The notes under the pieces were generated by a model. The model saw only the letters and a program-made list of their open reading frames with translations. It did no database searches and was not told the origin of the DNA. Below, piece after piece: positions 28,731-37,611 of a stretch of DNA of 64,000 bases. Position numbers and translations under genes: made by a program. Within the stretch, counting starts at the first letter, position 1. Each line of letters begins with the position of its first letter. Source of the stretch: an uncultured delta proteobacterium (lineage in GTDB: Bacteria; Desulfobacterota; Desulfobacteria; Desulfobacterales; SG8-13); contig CAWKCK010000018.1 of assembly GCA_963848135.1 (NCBI GenBank), forward strand, positions 634,938 to 698,937, read 5' to 3'.

Positions 28731-29320
28731 TCACCGCCGAGACGCAAAGGACGCAGAGAAATAAATTTTTCTCTTGCCGTTGAGAGGACGGCAAGAGAAA
28801 AGGATTGCCTTTTTCTATTCTACAAGAACCGGAGGCTTCATGGATATTAACAAATTAAGCAGTAAAATCATCGGGGCAGCGATTGAAGTTCATAAGACCC
28901 TGGGACCCGGTCTCCTTGAATCCGCATACGAAGAATACCTGTGTCACGAACTTAATCGAAACAACTTGTCTTTTGAGCGTCAAAAAGCGCCACCCATTTG
29001 TATACAAAGGAAAAAGGCTCGATTGCGGATATAAATTGGACATCGTCGTTGAAAACACGATCGTCCTCGAACTCAAATCCTGCAAACAGATTGAACCGAT
29101 TCATAAAGCTCAACTTTTAACATACCTGAAGTTATCCGACTTAACTTTGGGATTGCTGCTGAACTTCAGGGTGTCAGTCATGCGTGACGGTATTGTCAGA
29201 ATCGTAAACAGGCTAAAAGAATAAGGCTCCTCAGAAGAGACGATTCCTTTTGCTTTTCGCCCTCTCAGCGAAAAGCAAAAAATAATCTCTTCTCAGCGCT
29301 CTCGGCGTCTCTGCGGTAAA
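28731..29320. mobile_element. Paired-hairpin element (TGAGAGG-loop family) enclosing a GxxExxY gene
   Basis: Same outer inverted repeat and hairpin loops as 27297-27522, with a gene between the arms. Confidence 0.75.
28840..29224 (+). pseudogene. GxxExxY protein (PD-(D/E)XK-like), split by a +1 frameshift near 28995
   Basis: [30 protein letters not shown] in one frame; [17 protein letters not shown]...ELKS...AQLLTYLK...GLLLNF in another. Confidence 0.88.
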
Positions 29321-29330
29321 ATTGACAACT

Positions 29331-32300
29331 ATGATCCCACTCATCGTCCACTCCTATTACTCCCTCATGTGGGGAACGCGGTCCCCGGGCAAGATCTGCG
29401 CCGTGGCCCGAAGGCTGGGCTACCGAAAGCTGGCGCTGACCGATACCGATAATCTCTACGGACTGTGGCCGTTTTTGGATGCCTGCCGGCAGGAGGGCAT
29501 CACCCCCATTGTCGGTGCCGAGTTGACCGACCCGGCATCCGATCACCGAGCGGTTTGCCTGGTGGAAAACGACACCGGCTACCGCAACCTTTGCCGCCTG
29601 ATTACCCGCCGCCGGTTCGCGGAAAAAGCCCCCTTCGCATTCGAAACCGCGGTGGCCGATCTGGCCGAGGGACTGGTGGTGTTGACCCGGAATGCCGATT
29701 TGATGCGATCCTGGCATGCGGCCGGTGTCACTGTAGTCGGAAACGCGCAGGGTCGGCCCGATGGCCCGGCGCTGCGCCTGCGGCAGGCGGCCCGTCAACT
29801 CGGGTTGCCGGTTGCCGCCACCCCAGGTAGCTTCTTTCTCGAGCCGGAAGACGCGAAGGTCCACTGCCTGCTCAGAGCCATCGACGGCAACACAACCTTC
29901 TCCCGCCTGGCGACGGTTGATACCGCCCCGGCCGATGCCTGGCTAGCCCCACCCTCTGTCTATGACCGGTTGTTCGCCATGTGGCCGGACACCATCCGCA
30001 CGACCCATGAAATTGCCGAACGTCTGACGTTCGCCGGCCCTCACAACGATATGGTTCTACCACCGATGCTCGACTCCCGGGGTGAAACGACCGCCCACCT
30101 TCTGCGACAGGCCGCCTACACCGGTGCCCGGCGCCGCTATGGCGACGACCTATCGGAACCGGTGGTTGAACGACTGGAACACGAACTGCGCATTATCCGG
30201 CAGATGGGTTTTTGTTCTTACTTCCTGGTGGTTCAGGACATCGTGGCCCGCAGCCCGCGTATCTGCGGTCGGGGTAGTGGCGCCGCATCGCTGGTTGCCT
30301 ACAGCATGGGGATCACAAACGTCTGTCCCATCAAGCATAACCTCTACTTCGAACGATTCCTCAACCCCGGGCGTCAGGATCCGCCCGACATCGACGTTGA
30401 TTTCGCCTGGGATGAACGTGACGGGGTCATCGATTCGGTTCTGAACCAGTACCCCGGTCACGCAGCCATGGTCTGCAACCACGTGGCCTTCCGGCCCCGC
30501 ATGGCCATTCGTGAAACGGCCAAGGTATACGGATTGACCAACCGCGAGATCGGCCAGGTGTCGCGGCGGCTGCCCTGGTTCTGGAAAGCCGCCAGTGAGG
30601 ACGACGACCTGTTAACCCGGCTCAGAGAGCTGCCTGAGTTGAGTCAGATCGATTTCCCGGAACCCTGGCCCGAGATCATCCACCTGGCCCAGCGCATCAT
30701 CGGGCTGCCGCGTCACATTTCGGTTCATCCCGGAGGCATTATTATCACGCCCAATCCCATCGACGAGTACGTGCCGATTGAGCCGGCGCCCAAAGGCGTG
30801 CCGATCATCCAGTGGGAAAAGGATGCCACGGAAACGGCCGGGCTGGTCAAGATCGATCTTCTCGGTAACCGCAGCCTGGGAGTGATCCGCGATGCCGTCG
30901 CCAATGTCCGCAAAAACGGTATCGGTTTTGACGAACGCAAATGGGAGCCGGAAGACGACCGGGCCACGCAACGCACCGTGGCTGCGGGACACACTATGGG
31001 TTGCTTCTATATCGAAAGCCCGGCCACACGTCTGTTGCAGCAAAAATCAAAGGTCGGAGATTTCGAGCACATCGTCATCCACAGCAGTATTATCCGGCCG
31101 GCGGCCAATACCTTCATCCGCGAGTACATCCGTCGCCTTCGCGGCGGTCGATGGGAACCGCTCCATCCACTGCTCGCAGATGTTCTCGACGAAACCTACG
31201 GCATTATGGTCTACCAGGAGGATGTCTCCAAAACCGCTATGGCTGTGGCCGGTTTTGATCACGTGGAAGCCGACGGATTGCGAAAGGTCCTGTCTAAAAA
31301 AGACAAGGCCCGCCGTTTGGCTGACTACCGGCAGCAGTTTTTTTCCGGTGCCCGTGTCCGTGGAGTGGAAGATGTAAAAATTGAAGAAATCTGGCAAATG
31401 ATGATGAGCTTTGCGGGCTACTCCTTTTGCAAGCCTCACAGCGCCAGTTTTGCCCGGGTCTCGTTCCAGTCCGCCTATTTGAAGACCCACCACCCGGCTG
31501 AATTCATGGCAGCAGTAATAAGCAACCAGGGCGGATTCTATAGTACTTTTGCCTACGTCTCCGAAGCACGACGCATGGGCCTGACGGTCCTGCCGCCGGA
31601 TGTCAACCGCGCCGATATTCGCTGGCAGGGTCACGGCAACGCCCTTCAGGTCGGTCTGTTATCGGTAACCGATATCGGAACGGCAACGCAGCAGCGGATC
31701 GTTTATTGTCGGAAAGATGCGCCGTACCACAATCTGGCAGATTTTCTGAAGCGGGTGCGACCCGAGGAACCGGAGGCCCGTCGCCTGATCCATGCCGGGG
31801 CTTTCGACGTCCTTCATCCGCAAAAAAACCGGGCCGCTCTTATGTGGCAGCTGGCCGCCTGGCAGCAACGGCGCTGCGAGCGCTCGCAACCGCCCGACTT
31901 GTTCGGTGGGCAGATGGCCGCCGCAACGCCAAAACCCTTGCTGCCGCCGGACAACGCGCTTGACCGGATGCGCCGTGAATATAGGGCCCTGGGGTTTTTG
32001 TGCGACCGGCATCCAATGCTGCTCTTCAAAGAACAGCTGATGAAGTACGGTGTCGTCAAAGCAATCGATTTAAAAAAATTTGCCGGACGACGGGTGCGGG
32101 TGGCCGGCTTGTTGATCACCGGTAAAATTGTTAGCACAAAACATGGCGACCCCATGGAATTTCTGACCTTCGAGGACGAAACCGGTCTGGTGGAAACAAC
32201 CTTTTTCCCACAGGCCTACCGCCGATTCTGCGCCATACTCGACCGCTACCGGCCCTACATCCTATCCGGCAAGGTGGACGAAGACTTCGGCGCGGTGACC

Positions 32301-32336
32301 CTGACGGTCGAAAAAGTGGAATGGATCCGCCGTTAG
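29331..32336 (+). CDS. dnaE2: Error-prone DNA polymerase III alpha subunit (DnaE2/ImuC-type)
   Basis: PHP domain HSYYS, GRGSGAAS, PDIDVDF, HPGG, KIDLLG, YSFCKPHS; about 1000 aa; downstream of lexA and an imuB-like gene. Confidence 0.88.
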   Translation: MIPLIVHSYYSLMWGTRSPGKICAVARRLGYRKLALTDTDNLYGLWPFLDACRQEGITPIVGAELTDPASDHRAVCLVENDTGYRNLCRLITRRRFAEKAPFAFETAVADLAEGLVVLTRNADLMRSWHAAGVTVVGNAQGRPDGPALRLRQAARQLGLPVAATPGSFFLEPEDAKVHCLLRAIDGNTTFSRLATVDTAPADAWLAPPSVYDRLFAMWPDTIRTTHEIAERLTFAGPHNDMVLPPMLDSRGETTAHLLRQAAYTGARRRYGDDLSEPVVERLEHELRIIRQMGFCSYFLVVQDIVARSPRICGRGSGAASLVAYSMGITNVCPIKHNLYFERFLNPGRQDPPDIDVDFAWDERDGVIDSVLNQYPGHAAMVCNHVAFRPRMAIRETAKVYGLTNREIGQVSRRLPWFWKAASEDDDLLTRLRELPELSQIDFPEPWPEIIHLAQRIIGLPRHISVHPGGIIITPNPIDEYVPIEPAPKGVPIIQWEKDATETAGLVKIDLLGNRSLGVIRDAVANVRKNGIGFDERKWEPEDDRATQRTVAAGHTMGCFYIESPATRLLQQKSKVGDFEHIVIHSSIIRPAANTFIREYIRRLRGGRWEPLHPLLADVLDETYGIMVYQEDVSKTAMAVAGFDHVEADGLRKVLSKKDKARRLADYRQQFFSGARVRGVEDVKIEEIWQMMMSFAGYSFCKPHSASFARVSFQSAYLKTHHPAEFMAAVISNQGGFYSTFAYVSEARRMGLTVLPPDVNRADIRWQGHGNALQVGLLSVTDIGTATQQRIVYCRKDAPYHNLADFLKRVRPEEPEARRLIHAGAFDVLHPQKNRAALMWQLAAWQQRRCERSQPPDLFGGQMAAATPKPLLPPDNALDRMRREYRALGFLCDRHPMLLFKEQLMKYGVVKAIDLKKFAGRRVRVAGLLITGKIVSTKHGDPMEFLTFEDETGLVETTFFPQAYRRFCAILDRYRPYILSGKVDEDFGAVTLTVEKVEWIRR

Positions 32337-32586
32337 GTCACAATTCTCGAACATATTTAGGCTCCAACAACGGCTTCCCCGGAGACATGACCCTGCCCGC
32401 ACAGGCTGTTCTATCAACCCAAGGTCCCCCAGCTGACATTATATTGCAACCGTCGCACAGACGTGGGATGATGGGCATCGGAGAGGACATGATGAATCCG
32501 TGTCCGATAAACAACCCAGAATTTCAGATCCATCCGTTTTCCAAAAGCGCGTTCTTTTCAATCAATTCGATTGCATATCAATCCTC

Positions 32587-33885
32587 ATGAACTTTAATTC
32601 AATCGTCGCTATCGCATGGGTTACCGGAATGATGGTCTCTCCGGAGGTCTTGATGTTGCAAGGCAATATTGTCGGCACAAGCGGCCCGGCCTACTTCGTT
32701 GCTATTTTGGCAGCGATGGCATTGCATGGTTTTAATGCGAAAGTCTATCAACTTATCCCTACCCAAACAAATCCTCAATCAGGCGAAATTATTCTCCTCA
32801 AAGATACCTTCGGATCACTGACCGCCTCAACGTTGCTTCTTTTATCGCGTCCTGTCTTGGCGGTATGTTTAGGAACCGCGATCTTAATTGCAGCAGGATT
32901 TGTCTTCAATGAAGTCTTTATTTACTGGTTCCCAAATTTCGGTTTTGCAGTGGTGTTAATGTTGACCCTACTGACACTCAATCTCATCGGCGGGCGAACC
33001 GCCGCAATGGCCCAGGTCATCTTTGTCACTGTTGCCGTTTGCGGTTTACTTGTGCTGTCGGTATCGGCAATCTATTTATGGTTTCAAAGCGGTGATATAC
33101 CATATCAAGAGCCCGTTCCATTCAATATTAAAAGTCTCGCACTCGCCGCATTACTATTTATCGGGTATGATTTGCTCAACTTTACAAACGCTGCCGGTAC
33201 AAATATCAAAGTAGCCACTAAAATGATTACCGGAATTTCCCTCATCGGTCTTTTAACCATACTTTGGGGATTCGCCGCTTATCTTTATGTCGCTCCTGAA
33301 AGACTGGCGGATACCACATTGCCGCATATTCTGACCGCTAAAAAAATTGGCGGCCAAACCGGACGGGTCATCATCGGTATCGTCGTTATTGCCGGGACCT
33401 GTGCAGCGGTCAATGTTCTGTTTCACGCCGTATCCCGGATGATGACACAGATGGCTGCTAACCGTCTTTTACCCGCCGTATTCACCCTGTTTTTAGGCCG
33501 TCCGCTACTGCCCCTTTTTTGTCTGGCCGGCAGCATCGGAATTTTGATGGCCTTAGGGTTCGCAGGCTCTGATCTTCTCGACAAAAGTATTCGTGCGGGA
33601 TTGTCGTTCTGGCTATTGAGTTACGCGATGACGCATTTGGCTCTTTTTATCCGATGGCATAAGAAAAGCCCTCCGTATCAAAGACCTCGCCCCTCCTATT
33701 GGCCCAAGCGCCATATGGTTGTGTTTTTGGCCATGTTAATCTGTTCTTTGGGCCTGGTTCTTATCGATGATAATATCGCCCAACTGCTGCTCACCATGCT
33801 GGTTATTTTCGTTATTTCTTTATTCATGGCCTGTTTAGGTTTGTTTTTGGCAAAATCTTCATTTGCAAACCGTCAACACAAATGA
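32587..33885 (+). CDS. APC-family (amino acid) permease-like membrane protein
   Basis: About 12 hydrophobic segments; AVSRMMTQMAANRLLP resembles the APC SR..MA...LP motif; start uncertain (32500 or 32587). Confidence 0.7.
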   Translation: MNFNSIVAIAWVTGMMVSPEVLMLQGNIVGTSGPAYFVAILAAMALHGFNAKVYQLIPTQTNPQSGEIILLKDTFGSLTASTLLLLSRPVLAVCLGTAILIAAGFVFNEVFIYWFPNFGFAVVLMLTLLTLNLIGGRTAAMAQVIFVTVAVCGLLVLSVSAIYLWFQSGDIPYQEPVPFNIKSLALAALLFIGYDLLNFTNAAGTNIKVATKMITGISLIGLLTILWGFAAYLYVAPERLADTTLPHILTAKKIGGQTGRVIIGIVVIAGTCAAVNVLFHAVSRMMTQMAANRLLPAVFTLFLGRPLLPLFCLAGSIGILMALGFAGSDLLDKSIRAGLSFWLLSYAMTHLALFIRWHKKSPPYQRPRPSYWPKRHMVVFLAMLICSLGLVLIDDNIAQLLLTMLVIFVISLFMACLGLFLAKSSFANRQHK

Positions 33886-33959
33886 ATTTTAAACACCTCT
33901 ATTTATACACAACGTCAGTACAACATGCGCATTTGCGAATTTACTATTTGGCAAGTTAT

Positions 33960-34169
33960 TCATCGCAGAGTCGCAGATGACACAGCGTATTGTTTTTATT
34001 TTTCATTTGCCGCCGAGACGCCCCGCAGGGCGGAATGACCGATCGGATCTTATAAATAATGGTCGGCCTCCGGCAAATGAAAACCATCATGCCTTCGGCA
34101 ATTTAAGTACAATTGATGCCTGCCCGTTAGGACTGGCGTTTATTCCTTTTCGCCCCCTCAGTGAAAAGG
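33960..34169. repeat. Degenerate third copy of the TGAGAGG-loop element
   Basis: tcatcgcagagtcgcag left end; ttttcatttgccg...cggcaaatgaaaa stem with an insert; ccttttcgc-cccctca-gtgaaaagg hairpin. Confidence 0.55.
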
Positions 34170-34369
34170 TATTGATATATTTCCCAAAGGGTTGACTGAA
34201 TGCCACAATGTGGTATGTTCAACATAGGTATTGACGTATGGTATCAACTGTATCTCCCTCAGATTATCCTTCCGACATGAATTCTCAGACACCCCGTTAA
34301 TATCGTCGTCCTTAAAATCGATGTTCTGAAACAGCACAGGATACGGCCGTCGAGGCAAGGAGGAATAAA

Positions 34370-34765
34370 ATGACGATATTTAAAAATTACAAAAGGCTAA
34401 TTCTTTCGGCCCTGCTAACCGTGATCTTTCTGGCATTCGCAAATGTTGGCGCCATGGCAACGGATGCGACGGGCACAGAGGTCTATGGCGTGGCAATTAA
34501 AGGATACGACCCCGTGGCCTATTTCACTGAAAATCGTGCCGTCAAAGGCAATAGCGAGTTCGCCTATAATTGGAATGAGGCCAGTTGGTATTTTTCGAAG
34601 GCTGAAAACCGCGATCTGTTTGCGGCGAATCCAATAAAATATAAACCTCATCACGGGGGTTTCTGAGCGGTTAGTCTCTTAGCCGGCAAGGTTGCCGCAG
34701 AAAACCCTGAAGAATGGAAAATCATCAATGGAAAACTCTATTTGGGTTGGGAGAAACCTGAATAG
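34370..34765 (+). CDS. YHS-domain selenoprotein (UGA at 34664-34666 read as Sec), with signal peptide
   Basis: AIKGYDPVAYF...P.HGGF-UGA-AVSLLAGKVAAENPEEWKIINGKLYL; UGA sits at the conserved Cys of the GGYCA motif and homology continues past it. Confidence 0.88.
34684..34697 (+). promoter_or_regulatory. Candidate bacterial SECIS hairpin (YHS gene)
   Basis: cggca-aggt-tgccg; G-containing loop about 22 nt after the UGA. Confidence 0.6.
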
Positions 34766-34973
34766 CAAGGGTCCCTTCAGTTTAAGACTTAATAGCCGCG
34801 TACCCCCCAATAACGAAAATACCACCGCAGTGGTTTGTTTTTTGGTCAGCAGTACTCTTTCTCGCGATCCGAAACGCTATTGCCGGTGGAAATTCGAGTC
34901 CTATTTACTGCCGGCCTATTTGGCGAAATCCTAATGACGGTTATGACATGGGGCCGGTCGCTACGGAGATTTT

Positions 34974-35387
34974 ATGACAAAAAAATTACCGTTACATCTT
35001 AATATATCCGTCCTGTTCATCGTCACATTTTCAATGTTATCGGGTTTCGCCGCGGCGGACACCATACCGCTGATGACGAAAGAAGAGCTAAAGACGCACC
35101 TCGGTGACGATGACATCTCTATCTTGGATGTCCGCGCGGGAAGAGACTGGAAGTCCAGTGAGTTTAAAATTACGGGAGCGCAAAGAGTTGAGCCAGCGGC
35201 GAATAATCAGTGGGCCAATCAATTCAACAAAGACAAGACTTACGTATTCTATTGTGCTTGACCGGATGAAGCAACGAGTGCCTGGATGGCATCTCAAATG
35301 AAGTCCAAAGGATTCACCAAAGTCTATGCTTTAAAGGGCGGGTGGCACGAATGGTTCCGGAACAAATATCCCGTCGTTGAAAGATAA
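34974..35387 (+). CDS. Rhodanese-related selenoprotein (CxU motif; UGA at 35259-35261), with signal peptide
   Basis: ILDVR...YVFYCA-UGA-PDEATSAWMASQMKSKGFTKVYALKGGWHEW...YPV; the rhodanese C-terminal signature lies after the UGA. Confidence 0.92.
35276..35295 (+). promoter_or_regulatory. Candidate bacterial SECIS hairpin (rhodanese gene)
   Basis: gagtgcc-tggat-ggca(t)ctc with one bulged U; loop about 21 nt after the UGA. Confidence 0.6.
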
Positions 35388-35391
35388 ACCG

Positions 35392-37279
35392 ATGCCTGAT
35401 CGTCGATTCAAAAGAAAACTGACGGCCATACTCAGTGCGGATGTCGAAGGGTACAGCCGTTTGATGAGTTTGGACGACGCCGAAACGGTTAACACCCTCA
35501 AGTCTTACAGGGAAAAAATAAGTCACCGGGTTCAAACCCTTCGTGGCAGGGTTGTTGATTCTCCGGGTGACAATATATTGGCCGAATTTGTCAGTGTTGT
35601 CGATGCTGTGAAATGTGCCTTGGAGATTCAGGATGAAATAAAAAAATCTAACGCCTCACTGCCGATTGATCGCAAAATGGTTTTCAGAATCGGCGTCAAT
35701 CTCGGCGATGTAATCGAGGATGGCAACCGCATATACGGCGACGGCGTCAACATTGCGGCGCGGATGGAGGGTCTGGCAAAGGGCGGCGGCATTTGCATAT
35801 CGGGCAACACATACGAGCAAATTCAAAATAAAGTTCCTTTGGGATGTGAATTCATAGGAAAGCAAACCGTAAAAAATATCCCCCACCCTGTTCCCGCCTA
35901 TAGAATTTGGAAGGACCCCGATGCAACCACATGCACGGCTAATATTGCCGTGCCACGAAAATCGAAAAAGACCTTTCTGGCCGCAGCGGCAGTGGTGGTC
36001 ATTATACTTGGCGGCGGCACAGCGTTGATGAAATATTCGCTCACTTCGACCTCTCATCCGGCAAGTGATAATGTCGCCCGGTCGCTTGAAAATCTGTCTC
36101 CGGCCAAGTCTTCCATCGCCGTTTTACCCTTTGCAAACCTGAGCAATGATGCCGATCAAGAATATTTCAGCGACGGGATTACCCAAGATATCATTACCGA
36201 CCTGTCCAAGTTCCGCGAGCTGGCCGTGACGGCCAGTACGACCGTTTTCAAATACAAAGGGAAAACACCGAATATCAGAGAGTTAGGGGACGAACTGAAT
36301 GTGAAGTACATTCTCGAAGGCAGCGTTCAAAAAGCGGGGGATCAGGTCCGCATCAATGCGCAGCTCATCGATACTGCCAGCGGGAATCATATTTGGGCCC
36401 AGCGATTTGACCGTCAAATCGAGGATATTTTCGAACTGCAGGATGAAATCATAGAGACGACCGTCAGAAAGCTGGCCCTAAAGGTGGATCAGTCTGAACG
36501 GGCGTTGGCCATGAGCAAAAGCACGGGCAGCCTGGAAGCCTACGATTATTACCTGCAGGCCTATCATCATCACTTTAAACGGACCAGCGACGGCAATATT
36601 GAAGCGCGGAAATTATTTCAAAAAGCGATAGAGCTTGATCCAAATTACGCCGCTGCCTTTGTGGGTCTTGCCAAAGTAAGAACCTGGGCTGTCAACTACG
36701 GTTGGACCGAATTTCCCAATGTTGCGCTCCAGGAGGCGCTGGATCTGGCGAAAAAAGCGGTTCAATTGGACGATTCCAACGCCAGCGCCCGTGCTGATAT
36801 TAGGCTATATCTACATGCGTTTCGGGGAGTATGATCTCGCCAAGGTCGAGCTTCAAAAGGCCATCGATCTGAACCCGAACGACTATATCAGCTTTCGGCA
36901 TATAGGTGCCGTGCAGTTATATTCCGGCCACCCCGATAAATCGCTCGAGTGGTACACTAAGGTATTGGAATTTGATCCCTATCTCTCTCCAGGATCGTAT
37001 ATGAATATCGGCATTGCGCACTATCTCAAAGGCGATACCGACCAGGCGATTCATTGGTTAAGGCAGGCGACAACCAAATGGCCGACTTTTTTAGGCGGCC
37101 ACATTCTTTTAGCGTCAATCTATGCCCAAACCGGTCAAATGGATCTCGCCGCGGCTGAGAAGGCCGAAATTTTGAAGATTTCGCCCTTTTTCAAGGTCGA
37201 TTTCTATGGCCAAGCCTATCAAAATCCCGCCCATCGTGAAAAGATTGTCGCCGGACTCCGAAAAGCGGGGTTGAATTGA
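35392..37279 (+). pseudogene. Class III adenylate/guanylate cyclase + TM + TolB-like + TPR protein, frameshifted near 36795
   Basis: AILSADVEGYSRLM, GDGVNIAARME, SIAVLPFANLS; TPRs continue in the 36719..37279 frame. Confidence 0.8.
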
Positions 37280-37611
37280 TCGTGACAAACAAATTTTTGA
37301 TTTTGCCGACCGAAAAACAGCCGTCTGCCCTCAAGAGTTTCAAACCTTAGGCTTTGTTTCGGATTTTGATATTCGATTTTCGGAATTAACAGTGATCGCC
37401 CCACACGCCATAGTACGTGGTCTCCTGCTCTTATTTCTTAATGAATCCCGACCCCCTTGACGATCAATTGGGCTTGACAAACCTAGTCGTCCTCCGATAA
37501 TTCCGCATCCAACTCTCCGCTCATATCGGCTTTACCGATTATCAGTGCCGATGAAACATATCAAAGCTCGTATTGCCACCCTGTTTTTAATTACCAGAGA
37601 AAGAGTTGTTG

